The position numbers and the translations under genes are program-made. This document shows, piece after piece, positions 1-10,095 of a stretch of DNA of 64,000 nt. The notes beneath the pieces were generated by a model that did no database searches, had not been told where the DNA came from, and worked only from the letters and a program-made list of their open reading frames with translations. Each line of letters starts with the position of its first letter. Positions within the stretch are counted from its first letter, which is position 1. Source of the DNA: Pirellulales bacterium (GTDB lineage Bacteria; Planctomycetota; Planctomycetia; Pirellulales; JALHPA01); assembly GCA_049840575.1 (NCBI GenBank), contig JASGKV010000024.1, forward strand, positions 136,874 through 200,873. The letters are read 5' to 3'.

Positions 1-127
1 CGCATAACGGGACCGGAGAAACTCAGCGAGGGTGCGAACGGGGAGACGCCCAACGGTGGGACGAAAGGGGCGTCGCGGAGGAACCTGAATTCTGCCGGCG
101 ACGCGAGCGCGGGTCAAGAAAACCGGC

Positions 128-292
128 TCAGGCCGCGCGGGTTTGCGGCAGCGGCGCGGCGACGACCTGGAGCTGCGATTCGCGGATCGCGCGATTCAGT
201 TTCGATTCGAGCTCGTCCAGCAGTCGCAGAACCTCGTCCTGGCGCGACTCGATTTCCAACAACAACGACGGATGTTCGGCGGAATCGGCCAT
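128..292 (-). CDS. hypothetical small protein (~54 aa), Glu/Leu-rich, coiled-coil-like
   Basis: Own translation of minus strand gives MADSAEHPSLLLEIESRQDEVLRLLDELESKLNRAIRESQLQVVAAPLPQTRAA*. It is below the 60-aa cutoff of the ORF track. No clear RBS. Confidence 0.25.
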   Translation of the reverse strand: MADSAEHPSLLLEIESRQDEVLRLLDELESKLNRAIRESQLQVVAAPLPQTRAA

Positions 293-541
293 GTGCGTCG
301 AAATCGCGGGAGTTTATCGCTCGAAGAATGCTCGCTGTAACGACCATCGGCCCACCGGACGCCGAAACTCCGCCGGCAAGACGGCACGGATCGCCCCCCC
401 GCGGACTTAAGTGATTGAAACTACGGTGTTTATCCGGATATTTTGAGATTTTCCGATGGACAATCGGTCGCTTTTGGCGATATATTAGCGGGTTCCCACC
501 CCAACCCATTCAAACTTCATGCTGAATCTCGAGGAGACATT

Positions 542-733
542 GTGGTTAAGCTGAACGTCCGTGAGAAAGAATCGATTCAAGAAGCGGTCCGTCGTTTCCG
601 CAAGCTGGTGGAACGTAGCGGCATCAAGAAAGAAATGCGCCGTCGCGAATATTACGAAAAGCCGAGCGAAACCCGCCGTCGCGCCCGCCTCCGCGCCGAA
701 CGCCGCACGCGCCCCCGCCCGAAAACGGTCTAA
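542..733 (+). CDS. rpsU: 30S ribosomal protein S21
   Basis: ORF 443..733 contains ...[58 protein letters not shown], the S21 signature (RREFYEKP-type core, basic C-tail). Likely start is GTG 542, preceded by GAGGAG (531-536). The upstream part of the tracked ORF is probably not translated. Confidence 0.85.
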   Translation: MVKLNVREKESIQEAVRRFRKLVERSGIKKEMRRREYYEKPSETRRRARLRAERRTRPRPKTV

Positions 734-1015
734 GTCGCGCTTGCTCGGAAACGAGCGAACCGCCCTCCTCCGTTGACCGGACGCGACTGCGCAGCGACGA
801 CGATGCCCTGACTTCGATCGTCCCGCCGAGTCCGCGATCCGCATCCGCAGCGGTCTATCCGAAAACACAAACGTCGCGCTGCCTGTCTCGCAGCGCGACG
901 TTTTTTGCTGCGCGATTGGCTATGGCGTGGTATCAGCTCGACCTTTGCAGAGGGACTTCGCTGTGCCCTTTGCCACCCCGAGTCTTTCCTAGAATCCAAC
1001 GCTTTCCACATCAAT

Positions 1016-1066
1016 AAAAAACCGCGGCGTTCGTCGAAACGAACGCCGCGGTCGGTATTTTTTTGG
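1016..1066. terminator. bidirectional Rho-independent terminator between convergent rpsU and the BBP7-like gene
   Basis: Perfect 13-bp stem accgcggcgttcg / cgaacgccgcggt (1021-1052) with loop tcgaaa. It is flanked by an A-run on the 5' side and T7 on the 3' side, so it reads as hairpin+U-run on both strands. Confidence 0.55.
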
Positions 1067-1081
1067 ACTCGGCCGTCTCCA

Positions 1082-2542
1082 TTAAAAGACGCGTTCGATG
1101 CGGAACATGAAGCCGTCGAAGGCCATGATGTTGGCGTCGTCGAGGTTCGGCGTGTTGATGATCCCCACGCCGCTGGCGTCGACCGTGTTCAGCGTGCTGA
1201 CGTCCCACCAGCATTGAGCGAAGTAGCCGGCCGTGACCATCGTCTTGGCGCCGATTTGACGCGAGATGCCGATTTCGATGTCGGTGACCGGAACCATGCG
1301 GGTGTAGTTGTAGTTCTGCATGGCGATCGCGTCCGGCGGGCCGGGGATCACGCTGCGTAAGGCGACGTCGTACTGGCCGACCAGCAACGAGAGCGAGCCT
1401 TTGCCGTAGACCGACCAACGTTGATTGCAGCCCAGGTAACGACGACCTTCGAGGCCGATCTTGGGGCCGATCCCTTGGAATTCGACCGAGGCGTTCGAAC
1501 TGGTGACCAACGCGCCGGTCGCGTCGAACAGTGTCGTCGGGCTGTTCAAGCTGACGTCGCCGTAGCGTAAGCCGGCCGACCACGTCAGAGCCCACGGCGG
1601 GCAGCCGCCCGGACAGCCGCATTCGTCGGAACCTTGCGTGCAAATCGGAATTCGCTTCGAGTAATCCAAGTCATAGTTGTTGGCGCTGATATTGAGCGAC
1701 GTGATCAATCGATCGCCCGGGCTACAGTTGATGGCCATCGGGCCGGCGACGACGACCGATCCGGCGACCGGAATCGGCGCGAAGTAGGTCGTATTGTCTT
1801 GAAAACCGGTGTACGAAAAGTTGATCGCTTCGCCGCACGTCCCCCAGCGATACCCGCCGTTGACGCGGAAATTCGATTGATAGTTCAGGTCGTACGTTTG
1901 ATTCGAATCGGTAAACGTGTTGTTGCCGTTCGCGTCGGTCGACACGACTCGCACGACGGACGAGACCGGTTCGCTGAAGTTCGCCCGCGAGTAGGTGTAA
2001 TCCGCGCCGATGTACCAGCCGTTGCGAGCGAAGTAGTTGCACGGCACGCAGTCGGACAGGCCGCCGCAGCTTCCGCCGCAATCGCCGCCTCCGCAGGTGG
2101 CGCAACCGCCGTCGCCCATCGTTTCATACATGGTCGGATCGTCGACGACGTTCCGCCGGGCATAGCCCGCCGGTTGCACGCGTTCGTAAGCGACCTGACG
2201 TTCGGCGGGTCTTTGACGATCGAATGTGTCTTCGTGCGGCGCGGCCGACTGATAGCTGGGAGCGCCGGCTCGGGCGTTCTTGCGCGGGACCGGAGTCGCT
2301 TTGGCGGCGACGGCCCGCGTGGTCGGAGCGTATTCTTCGACGATGTCCGCGGTCGCGCGATGGTACTCGTCCAGTTCGTCGTCGGCTTCGACGTTCTGCC
2401 GGCGTTCGACCGTTTTCAGGCTGCGACGCGTGGCGGGCGAGTGGATGTCCTGAGCCGAAGCGAGGCTCGTCAGGCTGTCGCCCAGGCCGAGGCCTAGTCC
2501 CAGCGCGAGGACGACGGATGTGCCGAGACGTTTGACGGACAT
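1082..2542 (-). CDS. outer-membrane beta-barrel protein, BBP7-like (planctomycete putative porin family)
   Basis: 486-aa ORF with ATG at 2542 and GGGGAG 8 nt upstream. N-terminal signal peptide (VVLALGLGLGLG). Cys/Gly-rich segment (GGCATCGGGDCGGSCGG). Aromatic-rich C-terminal half ending ...FRIERVF (C-terminal Phe typical of OM barrels). The family call is from memory of BBP7/PF07585 architecture. Confidence 0.6.
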   Translation of the reverse strand: MSVKRLGTSVVLALGLGLGLGDSLTSLASAQDIHSPATRRSLKTVERRQNVEADDELDEYHRATADIVEEYAPTTRAVAAKATPVPRKNARAGAPSYQSAAPHEDTFDRQRPAERQVAYERVQPAGYARRNVVDDPTMYETMGDGGCATCGGGDCGGSCGGLSDCVPCNYFARNGWYIGADYTYSRANFSEPVSSVVRVVSTDANGNNTFTDSNQTYDLNYQSNFRVNGGYRWGTCGEAINFSYTGFQDNTTYFAPIPVAGSVVVAGPMAINCSPGDRLITSLNISANNYDLDYSKRIPICTQGSDECGCPGGCPPWALTWSAGLRYGDVSLNSPTTLFDATGALVTSSNASVEFQGIGPKIGLEGRRYLGCNQRWSVYGKGSLSLLVGQYDVALRSVIPGPPDAIAMQNYNYTRMVPVTDIEIGISRQIGAKTMVTAGYFAQCWWDVSTLNTVDASGVGIINTPNLDDANIMAFDGFMFRIERVF

Positions 2543-2789
2543 GGAACAACTCCCCTGCGTGTGTTTTTTTGACGGGATGCCGGCGACGGGAACGAACGGA
2601 CGAATCGTTCAGCCGCCGGCAAGATCGGAACCGCGTCCGCTTGCCCGAGGCCATTCAAGTTCGCCTAACCTAAAAACTTATCGGCGTCCGCAAGCTCATA
2701 CTTTCCGGAATAACCGGAAGAATCGTCAAAATCACGCCTAACCCGCAAACTCACCCAGAGATAAGCCGGCATCAAGAAAAGCGTGCCGG

Positions 2790-2827
2790 CATAAAAAAAG
2801 GCGTCCGACCAAGTTGGTCGGACGCCG
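2790..2827 (-). terminator. Rho-independent terminator downstream of the PEP-CTERM gene
   Basis: ggcgtccgacc-aagtt-ggtcggacgcc hairpin (2800-2826) followed on the minus strand by T8 (plus-strand A-run 2792-2799). Confidence 0.5.
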
Positions 2828-2856
2828 TACGTGTTCGATGGTCTCGCGTTGCGTCC

Positions 2857-3630
2857 TTATGCGGCCTTGCGACGACGGATGGCGATCACCCCGCCGACCG
2901 CGACCAAGCCCAGCGTCATCCAAACGCCTGGTTCCGGCACGGCTTGGGCGACGATGAACGGTTGCACGGTATCGACGGAAGCGGTGTCGCGGAAACAGAT
3001 GCAGGTCAGGACTTGGCCGTTGGTGACGAAGTTCGGCAGCGATTCTTCATGCGAGAGGTTCAAATCGTTATTGAAGGTGATCATGAGTTTGGCGTTTTGG
3101 TCCGTGGTCCCCGCGCTGTTGGGAGTGAATAAGACAAGTCGATAATCGGTCATCGCGTTGACGTCGCCGGTGGTGTGATCGATATCCGTGCGGAAAATCA
3201 CCGATTTGCCGGGAGTGAAACCGGTGAACGTGATGTCGATGAACTTGCTGCGCAATCCGTTTTGCACCTCGTCGATGGCGTTCAACACGTAAGTGATCCC
3301 CGGCGAAGCGGAGATCAACGTGGCGAGGTCGAAGTCGAACGCGCGAGCCGGATCGATCGTCAAGCGGAAATTGGTCAACGAAACGGTGACGTCCGACGTG
3401 TTGATCAACTGGAAATACGGCATGTCGCGGGCCATCGACATTTGTTGCTGATTCACGTTCACCGCTTGAGCTTGCAGCGAAGCGTTGTTGGGGCTTTGCA
3501 ACACGCTGAGGTTCTCGCAAATGCGGAACTCGTAGCCGATGTAATCCGCGCGGGCGGGCAAGATCGCGACGAACATCGCCAGAGCGAAGGCGACTAGTCC
3601 AAGACGGCGAGCGATTGTGATCTTCGGCAC
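2857..3630 (-). CDS. PEP-CTERM sorting-domain secreted protein
   Basis: 257 aa. GTG start at 3630 with AAGGA 8 nt upstream. N-terminal signal peptide (LGLVAFALAMFVAILPARA). C-terminus ...VPEPGVWMTLGLVAVGGVIAIRRRKAA is the PEP motif + TM helix + Arg cluster of exosortase substrates. Confidence 0.7.
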   Translation of the reverse strand: MPKITIARRLGLVAFALAMFVAILPARADYIGYEFRICENLSVLQSPNNASLQAQAVNVNQQQMSMARDMPYFQLINTSDVTVSLTNFRLTIDPARAFDFDLATLISASPGITYVLNAIDEVQNGLRSKFIDITFTGFTPGKSVIFRTDIDHTTGDVNAMTDYRLVLFTPNSAGTTDQNAKLMITFNNDLNLSHEESLPNFVTNGQVLTCICFRDTASVDTVQPFIVAQAVPEPGVWMTLGLVAVGGVIAIRRRKAA

Positions 3631-4143
3631 GGCTGCGATCCTTGTGAGTGATCGTCATGCGCGGGGCATGCGCGATCGATGTCTTAAGGAATCGCTTTGA
3701 GAATCCGTGTGGCGTCCGTTCGTCGAATCGAGCCGTTTTCGAATTCTAGGTCTTACGAATTCATCGCAAGGCGAACGAGAAAACTTATGAGGCAAACTGG
3801 AAAGGTCGTCACCGATTGGCCAGAGCGGCCGGGAGATAACCGTTCGTGAAGTATTGTCACGCTCTGCGTAAACAACGACCCGGAGGTCGTGGTTCGACTA
3901 GAGGATGCAACACAGATTCACGAGCGATCCGGGGTTCGGTGTAACGGATGAACTTCAACTTTGGCGATCACGTGACCGAATCCGGTCTCGGGGCCATTTC
4001 GTCTTATCCTAACTAGGCAACGCACGCTGTCAAGAAAATATTCTAAGAATTTTCCTGTTCTCTGTTTCAAACCGATTTTACCGGTTATTCCGGTAGAAAT
4101 CGAAGTTTCCCAACAAGCGGAAACGCCGTAAATCGTAGATAGA

Positions 4144-4198
4144 AATAAAAAAACGCAGCGGGGTCCCCTCTCGCATCCTCGCGAAATTCCCCGCCGCG
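4144..4198 (-). terminator. putative minus-strand terminator hairpin in an AT-rich noncoding stretch
   Basis: cgcagcgggg...ccccgccgcg 10-bp stem (9/10 paired) with a ~25-nt loop, followed on the minus strand by T8 (plus A-run 4146-4153). It lies ~270 nt downstream of the nadC stop. Confidence 0.3.
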
Positions 4199-4471
4199 TC
4201 GAAAACCGCCGGAACTCCCCAGCGCCGTCGGCTTCACGCAACCCTAGGTCGGCCCGAAACCGTGTCAAACGCCGGAATCGGAAAATGTTGCCCAGAACGG
4301 TTGAATCAGAGAATCGCCCTGAAACCCGGCGTTGAGAACGCTTGCCTTTAAGCAGAATCGCTAAGAGGCAAGCCGGGCGTAGAAGTTTGCATACACTGAA
4401 TCGATCGGCTGATCATCGAGCGAGCACTTAGGACCAGTCCAACGCCGCGTCCCACACGATCGCCGAGTGCG

Positions 4472-5359
4472 TTACGCGCCGACGCTGATCCGGTCGACAC
4501 CGGTTTCGGCGATGCCGCGGACCGTTTGTAAATTGACCCCGCCGCTGGCCTCGAGTTCTACGCCCGCTGCGGCGGCGTTTCGCTCGGTCACGGCGACGCG
4601 GAGCTGATCGGTCGTCATGTTGTCCAACAGCACCACGTCGGGCCGCACCGCCAAGACGCCGGGAAGTTGATCCAAGCGATCGATTTCGACCTCATATAGG
4701 AAGTGCGTCGCATCGACGTCGCCTCGTTCTGCGGCGACGAACGTCCGGGCGCGTTCGACCGCTTCGCCGGGCGAAAACCGTTCGCCGCCGGCCGCTTCGG
4801 CGCCGAACGCCACGTGGTTGTCTTTGATCAGCACCGAATCATCGAGCGAGTGACGATGGTTGTAGCCGCCCCCCTGGCGGACGGCGTATTTTTCCAGCAA
4901 TCGCCAACCCGGTGTGGTCTTGCGCAGTGTCGTAGATCCGTGCCTGCGTCCCGGCGATCGCGTCGACGAAGGTCCGCGTCAGCGTGGCGATTCCGCTGAG
5001 CCGGCCCAAGAAGTTCAGCATCGTTCGCTCGGCCACCAACAACGACGCGGCCGGTCCGCGCAGCACGGCGATCACATCGCCGCGACCTAAGCGCGTCCCG
5101 TCGCGCACGGATCCAACAGTTCGATCTTCGGGTCGACGGCGGCGCGCACCAATTCGACGACCGGCATGCCCGCCAACACACCTGGTTGCCGCGCCACGAG
5201 TTTCGCTTCGCCCGGTCGTCCGGCCGGAACCAACGCCGCGGTCGTCCAATCCTGCGCACCGTTGAGATCTTCTTCCAACGCCATGCGGACCAGCGTTTCC
5301 GCGCGTGCGGCGACGGCGGCGGTCCAAGTCAGTTGCGAATAGTCGCGCTGTGCGGGCAT
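4472..5359 (-). CDS. nadC: nicotinate-nucleotide pyrophosphorylase [carboxylating] (quinolinate phosphoribosyltransferase); apparent frameshifts
   Basis: Three ORF fragments in different frames tile one NadC. These are 5087..5392 (MPAQRDY... N-terminus), 4839..5327 (...[22 protein letters not shown]...) and 4472..4900 (...[25 protein letters not shown]... C-terminus). One frame switch sits at a C7 run (~4868). ATG 5359 gives a typical N-terminus. Confidence 0.7.
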
Positions 5360-5451
5360 GTTCGTAGTAGTCGGCTCGATCTCGGATACCAAAATCGAGA
5401 TTGTAAGACCTTACGACGGCGCATCCAAATAGGGATCTTGTCCCATCTGAA

Positions 5452-7364
5452 TCAAGATTTTTTTACGCTCGCGTTCTTGATGCAACAGAATGCGGCGATC
5501 GCGGAAGTGACGCGATTCGATTTTGCGTTGGCGCGGTAGAACAACCCGCGATAGCGTTCATAGCCCGGTCCGCCGGCCGACCCTTTCGCTTTGAGCTTTT
5601 CTGCTCGTTCGGGTCCTAAGCCCATCAACAAAATATCGTCGTCGAGCGCCAGGAATTGTTGCCACGTCCCCGGGTCGCCTTGACGACCGCAGCGGCCGAG
5701 CAACTGACGATCGATCCGCGCGGAATCATGCAATTCTGTGCAAACGACGTGCAGTCCGCCGAGTTCGTCGATGCCTTCGCCTAAGCGAATATCGGTTCCG
5801 CGGCCGGCCATGTTGGTGCTGACCGTCACTTTGCCGCGCTGGCCGGCTTGCGCGACGATATCGGCCTCTTTGTCGACCTGGTACGCGGTCAGAACTTGAT
5901 GCTTGATCCCCGCGGCGGTCAGCTTGGCCGAGATACTCATCGATTTGTCGATCGAGCGCATGCCGATCAAGATCGGACGGCCCGTCGGATGCACGTCCAA
6001 GACGTTTTCGATGATCGCGCACTCTTTCGACTCGCGATCGCCGAAGACCAACGTGGGCAGCTCCTCGCGGATCGGCGGGCGATTGGTCGGGACCGGGACA
6101 ACGCGCAGTTCGTAAATCTTCATCAACTCGCGAGACGACGTGCGACCGGTGCCGGTCATGCCGGCCAGTTTCGGATAGCGTTGAAAATAATCCTGCACGG
6201 TGATTCGCGCGGCGTGGCCGGTGACCAACCCGACGTCGATCTCTTCCTTGGCTTCGATCGCTTGATGCAGCCCGTCGCGCCAACGACGCCCCTCGGCCAA
6301 GCGGCCGGTGAACTCGTCGACGATGACGATCTCGCCTTTTTGCACGACGTAATGCCGATCGCGAATAAAACACTTGATCGCGCGGATCGCCATCTCGATC
6401 GTATCGTACAGGCCGAGCATCCCGACGGATTCGGTCCCGCCGCCGCGCGGCAGATTGCGTACCTTGCGACGGCCCTCGCCGGTCAGTTCGACCTTTTGCG
6501 TCTTGGCCTCGAACGTGTAATCGTCTTCCTCCATGAAACCGGGCGCATGCCGCCGCCCCCCAACGATAGAGTTCGGCCTCGTCTTTCTGATCCTGCGTGG
6601 GCAACGCACTGATGATCAGCGGCGTCCGCGCTTCGTCGATCAAGATGCTGTCCGCCTCGTCGACTAAGCAGAAGAACGGCTTTCGCTGCGTCGGCAGTTC
6701 GCCCCCCTGATCTTGTTGTCCCAGCAGATATGCCATGAGGTCCGCGCTGCCCGCCGCGCACCGCCGGATCAGCAATCGATCTCGCAAAAAGTCGAAGCCG
6801 AATTCCTTGGCGGTTCCGTACGTTACGTCGCAGGCATACGCCTTGCGGCGCGCGTCGCTATCCATCGGCGTTTGGATGACGCCGACCGTCAGCCCTAACA
6901 ACTCGAACAACGGCCGCATCCAATCGGCGTCGCGTTGCGCCAGGTAATCGTTGACGGTCGCCAGATGCGCACCCTTGCCGGGGAGCGCCATCAGCGTCAT
7001 CGCCAAGGTGGCGGTCAACGTCTTGCCTTCGCCGGTTTGCATTTCGGCGATCGAGCGATGCTCCATCGCGATGCCTCCCAACAATTGCACGTCGAAGTGC
7101 CGCATCTTGAGCGCCGCCTGCGCCGGCTTCGCGGGTTAAAGCGAACGACTCGGGCACCAAATCGACCAACTCCTCGCCGCTTTTCGCTCGATAGCGTAAC
7201 GCGAGATACCGCTTACGAAGTTCTTCGTTCGGCAGTTCGGTCAGTTCGGCGCCGTGCGCTTCGATTCGCGGAATCCAACCGGACCACAACGCCACGCGAC
7301 GTCCGACCGGCCCGCCGATCCATGACGTGAGACTCGCGAAAAATCCGGAAGGAAGAGTGCTCAC
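5452..7364 (-). CDS. secA: preprotein translocase ATPase SecA-like (motor domains), 2 apparent frameshifts; C-terminal extent uncertain (may run to ~5409)
   Basis: Fragments 6858..7364 (N-terminus ...[41 protein letters not shown]), 5726..7105 (Walker [18 protein letters not shown]-like [20 protein letters not shown]) and 5452..6609 ([25 protein letters not shown]..., [23 protein letters not shown]). One frame switch sits at a C7 run (~6552). Total ~640-650 aa, shorter than canonical SecA. Confidence 0.7.
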
Positions 7365-7508
7365 GGCGCGATCGAGAAGGAATGTTTAAGCGAAACCTAT
7401 GGTATGAATCTAACAGATCTCGTCGAAGCCAACGGCGCAGCGGTGACACAAGGAAGAATCCGCGACGAGTGCGATCACGCGGTGTTCGAGTCGCGCGAGC
7501 CGGTTCGA

Positions 7509-8510
7509 TCAGCGTCCGTCGACGCGCGGCAGGTCACCCAGGTTGCGCACCGAGACCGGCGCTTCCCCTGCGTTCGGAATCGCGTTTGGTTGCGCGCCCG
7601 GCCAGCCGGCGGGCAACGTGTTCGGCGCAGTCCCGCCGGTCGAGGCGCTACGAAACGGTCCGGCGGTGGTCGCGGTGCGCGTTGCCGACTGCGCGATGCC
7701 GTAATTCGTGTAGGCGCCGGGCGGCGGTTGCGGCGTGCCTGTGACCACGTTCGTCGCGGGGGGAGTGATGTTCCATGCGCTCGGATTCGGATTTTGTCCC
7801 GAAACGATTTGCGGTCGGTAGTTTGGATTCCGCGGGTCCAGGCGCAACGTTGTTCACGGGCGCGGGACCGGTCGGTTGACCATAATTGGGCGGCGCGTTA
7901 CCCGGGGCCGGAACCATCGGAGAACCGCCGGTTAACCAATCCCAAGGTCCGGCGCTGGTTCCGGTGTTTGCGGCGACCGATCGAGTGTCGGCCGTCGAAG
8001 GAATCGCGCTGCTGAAGCTACTGTACGGACTCTCGTACTTCCGCACGCCCCCATACCGTGGATCCACGCCCCCGGCTTGAGGGCCGTTCCAACCGGCGGT
8101 CATCTGATTCCACAAGCCTGGTTGCCCGGTGGGTTGCGATTGATCGAAGATGCTCCCCTGCCCCGGCGGACCGTACGTGCGCCGGCGACTTGGGTCGGCT
8201 GGCCGTTGGCGTCGAAGATCGACGGCGTTCCGCCCGGCGGATAACCATTCGAGCCTTGGGGAAATCCGATCGAATTCGGTCCATTTGGGTTGCCCCAAGG
8301 AACGGTCGTGTTCGGGACGGCATTGGGGGGCGGCGTGCTCTGCGAGACGGTTTTTGCGGTCCCCGGCGGCGGAATCGTCGATCCGCCGAACGGCGCGGTC
8401 CCGCTCTGACATCCGGCGAAACTTCCCAATACAACGACGAATACCCCCAGCGCAAAACGTCGGAAGGACGCTCGTGTGGTGAGTTCGTGGCTTGAGAGAA
8501 GACCGAACAT
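7509..8510 (-). CDS. Pro/Gly/Asn-rich low-complexity lipoprotein (frameshifted across 3 frames)
   Basis: ORF 8100..8510 begins with a lipoprotein-type signal (LGVFVVVLGSFAGC) followed by PPPG/NGPN-rich sequence. ORFs 7648..8667 and 7509..7847 continue the same composition in other frames. Switches occur at C/G runs (e.g. ~8150). Confidence 0.45.
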
Positions 8511-8915
8511 GCGGATTCAGGTAAAAGGCGAGGAATCGGGCGTCAAGGATAGCGTTTCCATTGAATGGGTCGAGAGCAATCCGAGAGACCGTAATAGGAG
8601 TCACGGACAAACACCGCAAATCACACAGACAACCCAAACAACCTGCGAAATTGCCTTGTGAGTGCATAAAAATGATTTCCGAGCTTTCGACTTCGAGGTC
8701 TCGCCTTCAGGAAAAACTTCACATCCAATTAAACTGTCGATTTGATCGACACTCCATGATTTTCTTTCGCCAGGGTGTGTCGAGCCGATCGTCGGAGGGT
8801 TAAAACCAGAAGACGCCCCGGTTACCGCAGAATTTCCCAGTGGCTACTGCAAGCCAACGTATCGTCCACACCGTTTTTTCTACATAACCTTCGCCTGTTT
8901 TCTCGGAGTGATTGC

Positions 8916-10010
8916 ATGTCCGCGTCGTTGTCTTTCCGTTCGATCGTCGCGTTCGCCGCGGTCGCCGGACTGCTGGTCGCCCGTCTTCCGGCCGCCGAGC
9001 CCGACGTCAAAGCCGCGCTGACCAAAGGGGCCGATTTTCTGGCCAAAAGCCAAGCCGAAGACGGCTCGTTCGACCGCGCGTGCCGGCGTGGGCGTGACCG
9101 CCATCTGCACGACCGCGATGCTGAAAGCCGGCAAGTCGCCCAGCGATCCGGCCGTGGCCAAGGGCCTGAAATATTTGGAAAACAACATCCAGCCCGACGG
9201 CGGAATCTACGGCGGTTCGAAGTCGTTTCTGAAGAACTATGAAACGTGCGTCGCGGTCCTGTGCTTGACCGAAGCGAACAAAGACAAGAAGTACGACAAG
9301 GCGATCAAGGACGCCGACAAGTATCTGCGCGGTCTGCAAATCGGCGGCGAAAAATCAAACGTCGAATTCGGCGGCGTCGGCTACGGCGGCAAAGGCCGCC
9401 CTGACTTGTCGAACACGCACTTCTTGATCGAAGCGTTGACCGCCGCCGGCGCGACGGCCGACGACCAAGCCATTCAAGACGCGTTGGTCTTCGTCTCGCG
9501 TTGCCAAAATTTGGAAAGCCCGCACAACACCACGCCGAACGCCGGCAAGATCAACGACGGCGGATTTTACTACACGCTGCAAAGCGCAGTGCGAACGCCG
9601 ATCCGAAGAAAGGCGACCAACCGTTTCGCAGCTACGGCTCGATGAGCTACGCCGGTTTCAAAAGCATGCTGTACGCCGGTCTGAAGGCCGACGATCAACG
9701 CGTGAAGGCGGTCACCACGTGGTTGAAGAAAAACTACGATCTGAAAAGCAACCCGGGCCAAGGCGACGCCGGCTTGTTCTACTACTACAACCTGATGGCC
9801 AAGGCGTTGCACGCGTCGGGTAACGACACGTTCACCGACGAAGCGGGCAAAGGCCATGAATGGCGCAAGGAACTGACCGCCGAATTGGTCGGCCGCCAAC
9901 AAGCTGACGGCTCGTGGGTGAACAGCAACAAGCAGTTCATGGAAAACGACCCGAACCTGGCGACCGCGTTCGCGTTGCTGGTACTGGCCGAATGCGAGGC
10001 GAAGAAGTAG
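8916..10010 (+). CDS. secreted prenyltransferase/squalene-oxidase-repeat (terpenoid-cyclase-fold) protein; 2 apparent frameshifts
   Basis: ATG 8916 (MSASLSFRSIVAFAAVAGLLVARLPAA signal). The three ORFs 8775..9242, 9088..9645 and 9501..10010 tile one protein. Repeat-like segments (GADFLAKSQAEDGSF, GLKYLENNIQPDGGIYGG, GLQIGGEKSNVEFGGVGYGGKG, GRQQADGSWVNSNKQF) are typical of the PF13243/alpha-alpha toroid family. Confidence 0.5.
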
Positions 10011-10038
10011 TTACGGCAGGTAAAACCCAAACACGATA

Positions 10039-10076
10039 GCCCCCCTCGATCGCATGCGATCGAGGGGGCATTTTTA
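10039..10076. terminator. Rho-independent terminator between convergent genes
   Basis: gcccccctcgatcg-catg-cgatcgagggggc (10039-10069), followed by T5 on the plus strand. Confidence 0.5.
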
Positions 10077-10095
10077 TGCGCTGACATCGTGTGAG

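Noticed and set aside
1634-2497. 287-aa plus-strand ORF (and 1722..2105, 1885..2163, 2124..2654 minus ORFs)
   Set aside because: Overlap the well-supported BBP7-like gene in other frames or antisense. Translations are Arg/Ala-rich with no motifs.
5848-6612. 254-aa plus-strand ORF
   Set aside because: Lies antisense within the secA-like gene. Arg/Asp-rich, low-complexity translation typical of the reverse strand of GC-rich coding DNA.
4472-7364. Interpreting nadC and secA as pseudogenes
   Set aside because: The same frameshift pattern affects dnaA and ~20 other unrelated genes, often at homopolymers. Sequencing/assembly indels are the parsimonious explanation. Kept as a flagged uncertainty rather than a pseudogene call.
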